A stretch of DNA of 64,000 bases from Alphaproteobacteria bacterium. Lineage in GTDB: Bacteria; Pseudomonadota; Alphaproteobacteria; GCA-2731375. A program made the translations under genes and the position numbers. Below the pieces are notes generated by a model. It had not been told where the DNA came from, searched no databases, and saw nothing but the letters and a program-made list of their open reading frames with translations. Every line of letters begins with the position of its first letter. The first letter of the stretch is position 1. Positions 28,916-38,900 of this stretch are shown here, in pieces. The stretch lies in the NCBI GenBank assembly GCA_965225945.1, contig CBDDBZ010000030.1:1-64000 (forward strand), given 5' to 3'.

Positions 28916-30410
28916 CGCGCCGGACACCCCCCTGGTCCTCTGGGAGGCGAGGCGGGGCACCCAGCGCGTCGTCCGGCTGAACGCCGCCGCCCAGGCCCTC
29001 GGCTTGCACGCGGGGATGCGGCTCGCCGATGCCCGCGCCATGCTGCCCGAGCTTCGGGTCCGGCCCCTGGCGGCGGCGGCCGACCGGGCCGCGCTCGACC
29101 GTCTCGCCGCCTGGTGCGAGCGTTACAGCCCCTGGGTCGCGCCCGACGGCGAGGACGCCATCCGCCTCGACGTCACCGGTGTTGCCCATCTCTTCGGCGG
29201 CGAGGCGGCGCTGGCCCGCGACCTGGAGGCCCGCCTCGCCGATTTCGGCCTCACCGCCCGGGTGGCGATCGCCGATACGCCGGGTGCTGCCTGGGCGCTC
29301 GCCCGCCATGGCCCGGCCTCGGCCCGCCTGGCGCCCCCGGGGGCGCTGAGGGCCAGCCTCGCGTCCCTGCCGGTGGCGGCGCTCCGCTTGCCGGCGGCGA
29401 CGGTGGAGGATCTGCTGCATCTGGGCCTCGCCCGGATCGAGCCCTTGACCCAGATGCCCTCGGCGGCGCTCGCCACGCGCTTCGGCCCGGCGCTGGCGGC
29501 GCGGCTCGACCGAGTGCTGGGCCGCGTGGCCGAGCCGATCTCGCCCGAGCGCCCGCCACCCCGCTTGCTCCGCCGCCTGGTCTTCGCCGAGCCGATCGGC
29601 ACGCCGGGCGACATCGCGCAGGCCGCCGGCCGACTGGCCGAGGCGCTTTCGGCGGATCTGGCGCGGGAGGGACTGGGCGCCCGGCGGCTCGAGTTCTCGC
29701 TCTATCTCGCCTCCGGCGGCATCGAGCGTGTGGCCGTCGGCTGCGCCCGGCCGAGCCGCGATCCCGCCCACCTTCGCCGCCTGTTGGAGGCGCGGCTGGG
29801 CGGTCTCGCCGCCGGCTTCGGGGCCGACGTGATCACGCTCGCGGCGACGGCAACGGAGGCGCTGGCGGCCCATCAGCTCGACTTTCACCGTCTCGCCCCC
29901 GCCGACGATTCGGCGGCCCCGGCGCCACCGCTCGACCGCGACCCCGAGCTCGGCCTGTTGATCGACCGGCTGGGCAATCGCCTGGGGCTGGCGAACATCA
30001 CCCGCCCGGCGCCGCGCGAGAGCCATCTACCGGAGCGCGCGGTCCGCATCGTCGCCCCGCTCTCCCCGCCCCGGGGCGGCGGCTGGGACGCGGAATGGGC
30101 CCGCCCGGTCCGCCTGCTGCCGGCGCCGGAGCCGGTGGAGGTGGTGGCCGAGGTGCCGGACGGACCGCCGGCGAGCTTCCGCTGGCGCGGCCAGGGCTAC
30201 CGGATCGCGCGGGCCGACGGGCCGGAGCGGATCGCGCCCGAGTGGTGGCGCCCGGCCGGGCGTGGCGGGCGCGGCGGGCGGACCCGCGATTATTACCGGC
30301 TGGAGGACGAGACGGGCGCCCGCTTCTGGGTCTATCGCGACGGCCTCCACGGACGAGCCGAAAGCGCGGCCTCGCCGCCGCGCTGGTACCTGCACGGCTT
30401 CTTCGCCTGA
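28827..30410 (+). CDS. imuB: ImuB (inactive Y-family polymerase)
   Basis: G..LADARA, YSP.VA.DG, LDVTG..HLFGGE, GPERIAPEWW, RDYYR.ED..G.RFW, W.LHG. Confidence 0.93.
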   Translation: MRRVLSLWLPYWSTERSRRRPRAPAPPGPDAPDTPLVLWEARRGTQRVVRLNAAAQALGLHAGMRLADARAMLPELRVRPLAAAADRAALDRLAAWCERYSPWVAPDGEDAIRLDVTGVAHLFGGEAALARDLEARLADFGLTARVAIADTPGAAWALARHGPASARLAPPGALRASLASLPVAALRLPAATVEDLLHLGLARIEPLTQMPSAALATRFGPALAARLDRVLGRVAEPISPERPPPRLLRRLVFAEPIGTPGDIAQAAGRLAEALSADLAREGLGARRLEFSLYLASGGIERVAVGCARPSRDPAHLRRLLEARLGGLAAGFGADVITLAATATEALAAHQLDFHRLAPADDSAAPAPPLDRDPELGLLIDRLGNRLGLANITRPAPRESHLPERAVRIVAPLSPPRGGGWDAEWARPVRLLPAPEPVEVVAEVPDGPPASFRWRGQGYRIARADGPERIAPEWWRPAGRGGRGGRTRDYYRLEDETGARFWVYRDGLHGRAESAASPPRWYLHGFFA

Positions 30411-30440
30411 GGCGCCGCGCGATGCCCCCCGCACCCTTCA

Positions 30441-30551
30441 CCGTCATCGCGAGGCGCGAAGCGCCGTGGCGATCCAGGGCGGCGCCCCCATCCTCGACGC
30501 CCCGGGCGCGGCATCGCCGCCTGGATCGCCACGCTTCGCTCGCGATGACGG
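30441..30551. repeat. CGTC-tagged REP-like long hairpin
   Basis: Outer stem ccgtcatcgcgag/ctcgcgatgacgg and inner stem cgtggcgatccagg/cctggatcgccacg. Confidence 0.85.
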
Positions 30552-30606
30552 AGGAGGGGACGATGACGGAGGCGGAGATGTCGACGCTCGTGCCGGGGGA
30601 GGGGAC

Positions 30607-30894
30607 ATGAAGCAGCCCGCCGTCTACATCATGGCGAGCCGTCGAAACGGTACCTTGTATACCGGAGTGACATCGGACCTGCCGAAGCGCGCTTTTCAAC
30701 ACAGAAAGGGATTGGGAGGCGGTTTCGCCACCCGATACGACTGCAACCGGCTCGTCTACTACGAGCTACATGGCGATATGGGCGCCGTGATCGGTAGAGA
30801 GAAGCAGATCAAGAAAGGATCGCGAACCAAGAAACTCGCCCTCATCGAAGACATGAACGCAACGTGGAGGGACCTCTATGACGATATCGTCTGA
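30607..30894 (+). CDS. Small GIY-YIG nuclease (YhbQ/UPF0213-like)
   Basis: AVYIMAS.RNGTLYTGVTSDL.KR..QH...LVYYE...REKQIK...R.KK..LIE..N..W.DL. Lower GC than its neighbours. Confidence 0.9.
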   Translation: MKQPAVYIMASRRNGTLYTGVTSDLPKRAFQHRKGLGGGFATRYDCNRLVYYELHGDMGAVIGREKQIKKGSRTKKLALIEDMNATWRDLYDDIV

Positions 30895-30924
30895 GGCCCC
30901 CCACCGTCATCGGATGCCGCGTCG

Positions 30925-33900
30925 ATGAGCATGCCCCCCGCCTACGCCGAGCTCCATGTCACCAGCAACTTCAGCTTCCTGGAGGGCGCCTCGCACCCGG
31001 AGGAGCTGATGGTGAGCGCCGCCGCGCTGGGCCTGGAGGCGATCGCGATCACCGACCGCAACAGCCTGGCCGGCGTGGTCCGGGCCCATGTCGCGGCGGA
31101 GAAGGCCGGCATCCGCCTGATCGTCGGCGCGCGGCTGGATTTTCAGACGGGGGAGGAGGGGGCGGAGGACGAGACCTTCTCCCTGCTGGCGCTGCCGACG
31201 GACCGGGCGGCCTACGGCCGGCTCTCGCGCCTGATCACCCTCGGCCGTCGCCGCGCGCCCAAGGGGGAATGCCGGCTCGGCCTCGCCGACTTGGCCGAGC
31301 ACGAGGAAGGGCAGATCCTGCTGGCCTTGCCGCCCGACCACCCCGACGACGGCTTCGCCGCCCGCCTCGCCGCGCTCGCCCGCAGACGGCCGGGCGATTG
31401 CTTCCTCGCCGCCGCCCATCGCCACCGGGGCGACGACGCGGCCCGTCTGGTGGCGCTGGAGGCCTTGGCGAGGCGCGCCGGTGCCCCGCTCGTCGCCTGC
31501 AACGACGTCCATTACCACGTCGCCGAGCGGCGCCCGCTGCAGGACGTGGTGAGCGCGATCCGCCACCGAACCACCGTCGCCGAGGCGGGCTTGCGCCTCG
31601 CCGCCAACGCCGAGCGCCATCTGAAGCCGCCGGACGAGATGGCCCGCCTCTTCGCCGCCCACCCCCAAGCGATCCACCGCACCGTCGAGATCGCCGCGCG
31701 CTGCCGCTTTCGCCTGGACGAATTGCGCTACGAATACCCGGCCGAGCCGGTGCCGGCGGGAGAGACGGCGCAAGGAGCGCTCGAACGGCTGACCTGGGAG
31801 GGGGCCAGGGAACGCTACGGCGCCGACGTGCCGGCGCGGGTGGCGGCGATGCTCGAGCACGAGCTGGAGCTGATCGGCGAACTCGACTACGCGCCCTATT
31901 TCCTGACCGTCCATGACCTGGTCCGCTTCGCCCGGGCGCGTGGCATCCTCTGCCAGGGCCGGGGCTCGGCCGCCAACTCCGCCGTCTGCTACTGCCTCGC
32001 CATCACCGCCGTCGACCCCAGCCGGCTCGATCTCCTGTTCGAGCGCTTCATCAGCGCCGAGCGGAACGAGCCACCGGACATCGACGTCGACTTTGCCCAC
32101 GAGCGCCGCGAGGAGGTGATCCAGTACGTCTACCGGAAATACGGCCGGGACCGCGCCGGCCTCGCCGCCACGGTGATCAGCTACCGGGGCCGCAGCGCCA
32201 TCCGCGAGGTCGGCAAGGCGATGGGCCTCTCGGAGGACGTGGTCGACGCACTCGCCCGCAATCTCTGGGGCCGGGGGGTGGAGGACGTGGAGGAAGACCG
32301 CGTGCGCGAGCTCGGCCTCGACCCTAGGGAGCCGACGCTGGCCATGACGCTGCGTCTGGCGGCGAGCCTGATCGGCTTTCCCCGCCACCTCTCCCAGCAC
32401 GTCGGCGGCTTCGTCATCACCCGGGGGCCGCTCTCGGAGGTGGTGCCGGTCGAAAACGCGGCGATGGAGGACCGCACCGTCATCGAGTGGGACAAGAACG
32501 ACCTCGCCGCCCTCGGCATGCTGAAGATCGACCTACTGGGGCTCGGCATGTTGACCTGCATCGACAAGGGCCTCGCCCTGCTCGCGCGCCATCACGGCCT
32601 CGATCTCGACCTCGCCGCCGTCCCGGCGGAGGACCCGGCGGTCTACGACATGCTCTGCCGGGCCGATTCCATCGGCGTCTTCCAGGTCGAGAGCCGGGCC
32701 CAGATGACCATGCTGCCGAGGCTCCGGCCGCGCGACTTCTACGACCTGGTGATCGAGGTGGCGATCGTCCGCCCGGGGCCGATCCAGGGCCAGATGGTAC
32801 ATCCCTATCTCCGCCGCCGGGCCGGTAAGGAAGCGGTGGTCTTTCCCTCAGCCGAGCTGGAGGCAGTGCTGGGCAAGACGCTGGGAGTGCCGCTCTTCCA
32901 GGAGCAGGCGATGCGGATCGCCATCGTCGCCGCCGGCTTCAGCCCCTCCGAGGCCGACCAGTTGCGCCGCGCCATGGCGACCTTCCGGCGGAGCGGCACC
33001 ATCCACACCTTCCGGGTGAAGATGATCGAGGGCATGGTGGCGCGCGGCTACGAACACGACTTCGCCGAGCGCTGCTTCAAGCAGATCGAGGGCTTCGGCG
33101 AATACGGCTTCCCCGAGAGCCATGCCGCGAGCTTCGCGCTGCTGGTCTACGTCTCCGCCTGGATGAAGTGCCACTACCCGGCGGTCTTCGCCTGCGCGCT
33201 CTTGAACAGCCAACCGATGGGCTTCTACGCGCCGGCCCAGATCGTCCGCGATGCGTGCGAGCACGGGGTCGAGGTCCGGCCGGTCGATGTCGGCCATTCG
33301 ATGTGGGACAACACGCTGGAGGATCGTGGCCCCGGCGCCGGCCCGGCGCTCCGCCTCGGCTTCCGCCAGGTGAAGGGCTTGCGAGAAGAGGAGATGCGCC
33401 GCCTGGAAACCGCCCGCGGCGCCGGCTGGGCCGATCTCGCCGACTTGAAGCGTCGGGCCGAGTTGCCGCTTCCCACCATCGAGCGCCTGGCCCGGGCCGA
33501 CGCCTGCAATTCCCTCGGGCTCGACCGGCGCCGCGCGCTTTGGGCGGCGAAGGCGCTAGAGGCAAGAGCGCTGCCCTTGTTCGAGCACGCCGCGCTCGGA
33601 TCGCCGCCGCCGCGCGCCGCCGACCGAAGCGCCCTGCTGCTGGCGGAGATGCCGGCCGGCCAGCAGGTGATCGAAGACTATCGCGCGCTCCGCCTCTCGC
33701 TGAAGGCACACCCGCTCGCCTTCCTGCGCCGGGCCTTGACGGCGGAGGAAGTGGTGCCCGCCGACGTTCTGGCCGAATTGCCGGCCGGCCGCCGAGTCAA
33801 GGTCGCCGGTCTGGTGCTGGTGCGCCAACGCCCGGGGAGCGCCCGCGGCGTGATCTTCGCCACGCTGGAGGACGAGACCGGCGTCGCCAACGTCATCGTC

Positions 33901-34161
33901 CGCACGGCCATCTTCGAGCGTTATCGCCGTATCGTGCTGGGGGCCCGGCTGCTGCTCGCCGAGGGCCGGGTGGAGCGCGAGGGGATCGTCGTCCACGTGC
34001 TGGCTAGCCACCTCGCCGACCGCTCCGACCTGCTGGAGCATTTGGCCGAGGCCGGCGTGCCCAGCCCGCCACTGGAGCCCCCCCTCGCGCCCGCCGACGT
34101 GGTCAAGCACCCCATGTCCGACCCCCGCACGGCCCTTCCGAGCGGGCGCAATTTCAGGTGA
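30925..34161 (+). CDS. dnaE2: Error-prone DNA polymerase DnaE2 (ImuC)
   Basis: PHP domain, GRGSAANS, PPDIDVDF, GFPESHA and C-terminal GRNFR. Confidence 0.96.
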   Translation: MSMPPAYAELHVTSNFSFLEGASHPEELMVSAAALGLEAIAITDRNSLAGVVRAHVAAEKAGIRLIVGARLDFQTGEEGAEDETFSLLALPTDRAAYGRLSRLITLGRRRAPKGECRLGLADLAEHEEGQILLALPPDHPDDGFAARLAALARRRPGDCFLAAAHRHRGDDAARLVALEALARRAGAPLVACNDVHYHVAERRPLQDVVSAIRHRTTVAEAGLRLAANAERHLKPPDEMARLFAAHPQAIHRTVEIAARCRFRLDELRYEYPAEPVPAGETAQGALERLTWEGARERYGADVPARVAAMLEHELELIGELDYAPYFLTVHDLVRFARARGILCQGRGSAANSAVCYCLAITAVDPSRLDLLFERFISAERNEPPDIDVDFAHERREEVIQYVYRKYGRDRAGLAATVISYRGRSAIREVGKAMGLSEDVVDALARNLWGRGVEDVEEDRVRELGLDPREPTLAMTLRLAASLIGFPRHLSQHVGGFVITRGPLSEVVPVENAAMEDRTVIEWDKNDLAALGMLKIDLLGLGMLTCIDKGLALLARHHGLDLDLAAVPAEDPAVYDMLCRADSIGVFQVESRAQMTMLPRLRPRDFYDLVIEVAIVRPGPIQGQMVHPYLRRRAGKEAVVFPSAELEAVLGKTLGVPLFQEQAMRIAIVAAGFSPSEADQLRRAMATFRRSGTIHTFRVKMIEGMVARGYEHDFAERCFKQIEGFGEYGFPESHAASFALLVYVSAWMKCHYPAVFACALLNSQPMGFYAPAQIVRDACEHGVEVRPVDVGHSMWDNTLEDRGPGAGPALRLGFRQVKGLREEEMRRLETARGAGWADLADLKRRAELPLPTIERLARADACNSLGLDRRRALWAAKALEARALPLFEHAALGSPPPRAADRSALLLAEMPAGQQVIEDYRALRLSLKAHPLAFLRRALTAEEVVPADVLAELPAGRRVKVAGLVLVRQRPGSARGVIFATLEDETGVANVIVRTAIFERYRRIVLGARLLLAEGRVEREGIVVHVLASHLADRSDLLEHLAEAGVPSPPLEPPLAPADVVKHPMSDPRTALPSGRNFR

Positions 34162-34179
34162 GCGTGGCGTTCGCGCGGC

Positions 34180-34617
34180 TCACGCCGCGCGGAAGGTCAG
34201 GTCGATGGTCCAGCCGAGACTGGCGAGCGCCGCCTCGAGGCGGTCGATCTTGGTGTTGTGCTTCAGGTCACGCATGCGGCGGATCTCGGGCTCGCCGACG
34301 CCGAGGCGCCTGCCGAGCGTGACGTTGTTGATTCCGGCTTCGATCATCGCCAAGTGCAGGGCAATCTTGGCCGCGACCAGTGCGGAAGGCACCACCACCA
34401 CACGACCCTTGGCCGGGCTCGGCGGCGGGATCTCCAGGCCGTCGTCGATGCGAAACGCCAGGGCCACCTCCAGGCAGTCGACGGCTTGGTCGAGAGCATC
34501 GACGCGGTCCTCGCCGAAGGTCAATGCCTCGGGCAAATCCGGAAAGGCGACGTTGACGGCGCCGTCGTCCTCGGTGGTGAGGTCGACGGGGTAGCTGAAA
34601 CGAGCGGATCGAGGCAT
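34180..34617 (-). CDS. hicB: HicB-family antitoxin with C-terminal HTH
   Basis: V.FPDLPEALTFG...A, IP.PS, KIAL and an HTH region. Confidence 0.88.
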   Translation of the reverse strand: MPRSARFSYPVDLTTEDDGAVNVAFPDLPEALTFGEDRVDALDQAVDCLEVALAFRIDDGLEIPPPSPAKGRVVVVPSALVAAKIALHLAMIEAGINNVTLGRRLGVGEPEIRRMRDLKHNTKIDRLEAALASLGWTIDLTFRAA

Positions 34618-34626
34618 GTCGTCCTC

Positions 34627-34842
34627 CTAGAGATCGCGCGGGTTTATGCTGAGCTGCCGGCACATGGCGCGGAACGTGCCGGCGGCGATGTCGCGGTGGT
34701 GGCCGGTCGACAGCACGGTTCGCCGATCACCGTAGTAGACCCTCACGTGGGAGCCGCGACCGTGGTCCGTGTCGACCCGCACCGCGACGCCGTTGCGGCG
34801 GGCGAGGCGACGAAGGCGACGGAGGAATTCGGTGGCGTTCAC
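34627..34842 (-). CDS. hicA: HicA-family toxin
   Basis: 71 aa from GTG with G.GSH and GT...M..QL, directly upstream of hicB. Confidence 0.85.
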   Translation of the reverse strand: MNATEFLRRLRRLARRNGVAVRVDTDHGRGSHVRVYYGDRRTVLSTGHHRDIAAGTFRAMCRQLSINPRDL

Positions 34843-34852
34843 GAATGTGAAA

Positions 34853-34870
34853 TCGTACGTAATTGTACGA
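34853..34870. promoter_or_regulatory. Putative HicB operator
   Basis: Near-palindrome tcgtacg-taat-tgtacga just upstream of hicA, with another tgtacga half-site near 34896. Confidence 0.45.
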
Positions 34871-34973
34871 ATATCAAGCTCTATATCGCATTTTTTGTAC
34901 GAGGCGGTAATTGTGGTGCGCGCCTGCGGTGATGTGTCACTCCGGCAGCTCGCTCCGCCCGCCCAGCATCGCC

Positions 34974-36014
34974 TCAACCCTCCCGTCCGAAGATCTCGCG
35001 CAGCCAGGTGCCGATCTCGGCGATGACGAAGTCGCCCGCCGGCATGACGGCGGTCAGCACCGTGCAGGCGTGCATCAGCCCGCTCCATTCGCGGTGCACG
35101 GTCTCGACGCCGGCCGCCTCCAAGCGCCGGGCATACTCGGCGGCCTCGTCGCGCAGCGGATCGAAACCGCAGTTCATCACATAGGCTGGCGCCAGCCCTG
35201 TGAGGTCTTCCGCCAGGCCGGGCGAGGCGCGCAGGTCGGCCTTGTCCGCCGCTTGGTTCAGATACCACTCGAGATAGAACTGGATGCGGTCCCTGGGCAG
35301 GATCGGATCGGCGGCGAATTCCCGGTGGCTGGGGCTGTCGAAATGCAGGTCGGTCGCGGGGTAGATCAGCACCTGGGCGAACGGCGTGGGCCCGCCCGCC
35401 CAGTGCGTCTGCTGCGCCACCACCGCCGCCAAGTTGCCGCCGGAGCTGTCCCCGGCGACGGCAATCCGATGCTCGTCACCGCCCAAGCCGGCGACGTTCT
35501 CGACCAGCCAGCCGAAGGCGGCAAGGCAATCTTCGACCGCGGCGGGAAACTTGTGCTCCGGCGCCAGGCGATAGTCGAGGGCGACCACCAGGCATTCGCC
35601 GGCCAGCGCCAGCTTGCCGCAGAAGGCGTCGTGGGTGTCGAGATCGCCCTGGATCCAACCGCCGCCATGGTAGTAGGCGACCACCGGCAAGGGGCCTTCG
35701 GCCGCCGGCCTGGCGGCGTAGAGGCGGGCGCCGAGCGGTCCCGCCGGTCCGGGGACCGTCAGCTCTTCCTTGCGCGGCAGCGGTGGGTGCGGCCGCTCCC
35801 AGAGCGCCACCAGATTGCGAAATTGCGCCCGCGCCTCGCTCGGGCTCGGCATGTGGCCCGGCACTCGGAGCCGGGTGGCGACGTCGGCGACGACCTGTGC
35901 CTTGGCCGCCATCACCCGCGCGCCGGAACGCCGCCGCCGGCCCAAGAGCCAGAGCGGCGCCAGCCATTCCGGCATCTCGGCGAGGCGCAGGCGGGCCCGC
36001 GTGGCGGCGGTCAT
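34974..36014 (-). CDS. Alpha/beta hydrolase, HSL-family esterase/lipase
   Basis: Motifs HGGG, DYRLAPEH.FP, GDSSG, DPLRD and the catalytic H. Confidence 0.92.
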   Translation of the reverse strand: MTAATRARLRLAEMPEWLAPLWLLGRRRRSGARVMAAKAQVVADVATRLRVPGHMPSPSEARAQFRNLVALWERPHPPLPRKEELTVPGPAGPLGARLYAARPAAEGPLPVVAYYHGGGWIQGDLDTHDAFCGKLALAGECLVVALDYRLAPEHKFPAAVEDCLAAFGWLVENVAGLGGDEHRIAVAGDSSGGNLAAVVAQQTHWAGGPTPFAQVLIYPATDLHFDSPSHREFAADPILPRDRIQFYLEWYLNQAADKADLRASPGLAEDLTGLAPAYVMNCGFDPLRDEAAEYARRLEAAGVETVHREWSGLMHACTVLTAVMPAGDFVIAEIGTWLREIFGREG

Positions 36015-36086
36015 GGCGCGATCTCCCCGAAGTTAAGCAGGGACCGCATGGAGCGGCGACCCGGCCCGAGTTGCATTTGAATTGTA

Positions 36087-36110
36087 TATGTAGCCTAATT
36101 GTGCTACATA
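36087..36110. promoter_or_regulatory. Putative DinJ/RelB operator palindrome
   Basis: tatgtagc-N8-gctacata upstream of the antitoxin gene. Confidence 0.6.
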
Positions 36111-36127
36111 ACCACTACAAAGGAATT

Positions 36128-36397
36128 ATGGATACGATGGCAAAAACATCAACCGTTCGCGCTCGCGTGGAGCCTGAGCTCAAAGACGCGGTCGAGGGCG
36201 TGTTCTCGCGGCTCGGCCTTACGACAAGCGACGCGATCACGCTTTTCCTCAATCAGGTCGCTCTTGTGGACGGTCTCCCCTTCCCTGTCCGGATTCCCAA
36301 CAAACAAACACGGAGAGCTATCGCCGACGCGAAGGCCAACAGGGGTATGAAGACTTTTGAAACTGCCGAGGAACTTTTTAAAGAACTTGAAGATTAG
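36128..36397 (+). CDS. dinJ: RelB/DinJ-family antitoxin
   Basis: VRARV...LK...VF..LGLT.SDAI.LFL.Q.....LPF...IPN. Confidence 0.88.
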   Translation: MDTMAKTSTVRARVEPELKDAVEGVFSRLGLTTSDAITLFLNQVALVDGLPFPVRIPNKQTRRAIADAKANRGMKTFETAEELFKELED

Positions 36398-36406
36398 CGG
36401 TATTTT

Positions 36407-36676
36407 ATGCGACAGATTTCACGGCAGAATAAGTTCAAACGAGATTTCAAAGTAGCAGGGCGACGAGGAAAAGATTTAACAAAGCTCAAGGAAGTAATTG
36501 CTCTTTTAGTTGTAGACGGTGCCCTGCCCCCTACGCTATTCCCGCATAAACTTTCCGGTGAGTTTTCCGGTCTATGGGAATGCCACATAGAACCTGACTG
36601 GCTCCTCATTTATGATGTCGACGAAGAGGAGTTGAATCTGATCCGTACCGGCACTCACTCCGACTTGTTTGAGTAA
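36407..36676 (+). CDS. yafQ: YafQ-family mRNA interferase toxin
   Basis: H.LSG......ECHIEPDWLLIY and RTGTHSDLF. Confidence 0.93.
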   Translation: MRQISRQNKFKRDFKVAGRRGKDLTKLKEVIALLVVDGALPPTLFPHKLSGEFSGLWECHIEPDWLLIYDVDEEELNLIRTGTHSDLFE

Positions 36677-36737
36677 ATAACACCAACCGACGAAAGTCCT
36701 GACCGCTCCGCGCCTTGGCCGCCATCACCCGTTCGCT

Positions 36738-36795
36738 CGGATAAAGGGACACAATACTTATCCTCACTAGGATAAGTATTGTGTCCCTTTATCCG
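36738..36795. repeat. Perfect 27-bp AT-rich inverted repeat (4-nt loop) between convergent genes
   Basis: cggataaagggacacaatacttatcct-cact-aggataagtattgtgtccctttatccg. Confidence 0.9.
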
Positions 36796-36827
36796 CCTCT
36801 CCGCCCGAATGGCCGCTGGACGCGCCT

Positions 36828-37004
36828 CTACTCCCGATCCTCGTGCGCCACCTCGCCCATCAGGCGGGCGGCGGTGCGTTCCACCTCGGCCCGGCGCTCG
36901 GGCTCCAGCGTCCAGCTCGTGCAGGGCAGCGTGCGGGACTGGAGCCGCATGACATAGCGCAAGATCTTCTTGGCCAGAGTTCTGGGCGGCGGCGGTTGCC
37001 GCAC
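36828..37004 (-). CDS. Possible small hypothetical protein downstream of hslO
   Basis: 58-aa ORF from GTG with plausible codon usage and no recognisable motif. Confidence 0.25.
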   Translation of the reverse strand: MRQPPPPRTLAKKILRYVMRLQSRTLPCTSWTLEPERRAEVERTAARLMGEVAHEDRE

Positions 37005-37032
37005 GCTCGGGCTCTCGCTCGATTCCTGCGAC

Positions 37033-37977
37033 TCAGGCACCGGAGAAGGCCGCCGGGTCGAAATCGTATTTGGAATTGCAAAATTCGCAGGTGACATCGA
37101 GCCGCCCCTCGGCGGTCAGATCGCCGATCGCCTCGGCCGATAGCGCTTGCAGCATTCGCTCGGCCCCGAGCCGCGAGCAGCGGCAGCCGAAGGCGAGCGG
37201 ATGCGGCTGGAAGACCCGTACACCGTCCTCGTGATAGAGCCGATAGAGCAACTCGTCGGCCGAGAGGCCGGGGTCGAGCAACTCGGCGTCGTCGACCGTC
37301 GCCATCAGGGTCACCGCGCGGCGCCAATCCTCCTCGCTCACCGTCCGGTCGGGCTCCGCGCCGCGCGCCAGCATCGCCGGATCGCCTTCCGGCAAGCGCT
37401 GCACCATGATCGCGCCGGCCCGCCAGCACGCCCCACCTTCGTCGTTCGCGATCCGCCGGGTGGCGATCCGGATCGCGGTCTGCACCTGCTCGGAATCGCG
37501 GAAATATTTGTGCGCACACTCGGCCAGCGTCGCCCCCTCCAGCGGCACGATCCCCTGATAGCGCTCGGTCTCGTCGCCCTGGTCGACGGTAAAGGCGAGG
37601 TAGCCGCCGCCCATCAGACGCGGCACCGGGAGATCGTGGAGCGCCTCGAGAGCGCCGAGTTCGGTGAGCGCGGCATCGTCGTATTGCACATAGCCCCGGA
37701 GCTTGCCCTCGCTGGTGCAGTCGACCACCAGCATCGGTGCGATGCCGTCGCCCTTGGCTTGGAGGGAAAATACGCCGTCGTACTTCAGCGCCGCCGCCAG
37801 GATCGCGGCCAGCGCGATCGCCTCGCCCAACAGGCGCGCGATCGGCGGCGGATAGTCGTGCCGGCGGACGATTTCGTCGACCGTCGGGCCGAGGCGAACC
37901 AAGCGTCCCCTCACGCCGGCCGCCTCGACCTGAAAGGGGCGGACCAGATCGTCCCCGCCCACGGGCACAGGGCTCAA
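37033..37977 (-). CDS. hslO: Hsp33 redox-regulated chaperone
   Basis: YQGIV.L, YF..SEQ and the Zn motif CRC...CEFC. The TTG start overlaps the argF stop. Confidence 0.93.
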   Translation of the reverse strand: MSPVPVGGDDLVRPFQVEAAGVRGRLVRLGPTVDEIVRRHDYPPPIARLLGEAIALAAILAAALKYDGVFSLQAKGDGIAPMLVVDCTSEGKLRGYVQYDDAALTELGALEALHDLPVPRLMGGGYLAFTVDQGDETERYQGIVPLEGATLAECAHKYFRDSEQVQTAIRIATRRIANDEGGACWRAGAIMVQRLPEGDPAMLARGAEPDRTVSEEDWRRAVTLMATVDDAELLDPGLSADELLYRLYHEDGVRVFQPHPLAFGCRCSRLGAERMLQALSAEAIGDLTAEGRLDVTCEFCNSKYDFDPAAFSGA

Positions 37978-38900
37978 CCGAGACACCAGGAGAGGATACC
38001 TTTCTGCGCGTGCAGGCGGTTCTCGGCCTGGTCCCAGACGATGGACCTGGCTCCGTCGATGACCTCAGGCGTCACCTCTTCGCCCCGGTGCGCCGGCAGG
38101 CAGTGCATGAACACCGCGTCCGGCCGGGCGAGCGCCATGCTACGGGCGTTGATCTGATAGGGCGCCAGCATGTTGTGGCGGTCGCTCGACTCGCCGTCGT
38201 GCATCGAGACCCAGGTGTCGGTGACGACGCAGTCGGCGCCATCGAGCGCCGCCTCGACGTCGCCCGTGACCTCGACGTCCGCGCCCTCGGCCCTGGCCCG
38301 AGCCAATGCCGCCTCGGAGGGACGCAGCTGCTCCGGCGTCGCCAGCCGAAGCGCGTAGCCGAAGCGGGCCGCGCCCTGAATCCAGGTGTTCGCCATGTTG
38401 TTGCCGTCACCCGTCCAGGCGACGAGCTTGCCGGCGATGGCGCCGCGATGCTCCTCGTAGGTCATCACGTCGGCCATCAGTTGACAGGGATGGGTCTCGT
38501 CGGTGAGGCCGTTGATCACCGGTACGGTGGCGTGCGCCACCATCTCCGCCAGCACGTCGCGCCCGTGGGCTCGGAGCATGATGATGTCGACGTAACGCGA
38601 GAGCACGCGGGCGGTGTCGGCCACGCTCTCGCCCCGGCCGAGCTGCATGTCGGCGGTATTGGCGATGAGGGTCTGGCCGCCGAGCTGGCGCATCGCGACA
38701 TCGAAGGAGATGCGGGTTCGCGTCGAGGGCTTGTCGAAGACCATGGCGAGCAGCCGGCCTTCCATCGGCCGGCTCTCGTCCACCGCCGCCTTGCCCTTGT
38801 CGCCGCGCGCCGCCTTGCGCGCCTTGGCTTCGTCGAGGATGTCGCGCAGGGTCTCGCCGTCCAACGCGTCGATGTCGACGAAATGGCGGATGTCGCTCAT
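37974..38900 (-). CDS. argF: Ornithine carbamoyltransferase
   Basis: Motifs STRTR, HPCQ, WVSM, HCLP. Confidence 0.96.
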   Translation of the reverse strand: MSDIRHFVDIDALDGETLRDILDEAKARKAARGDKGKAAVDESRPMEGRLLAMVFDKPSTRTRISFDVAMRQLGGQTLIANTADMQLGRGESVADTARVLSRYVDIIMLRAHGRDVLAEMVAHATVPVINGLTDETHPCQLMADVMTYEEHRGAIAGKLVAWTGDGNNMANTWIQGAARFGYALRLATPEQLRPSEAALARARAEGADVEVTGDVEAALDGADCVVTDTWVSMHDGESSDRHNMLAPYQINARSMALARPDAVFMHCLPAHRGEEVTPEVIDGARSIVWDQAENRLHAQKGILSWCLG

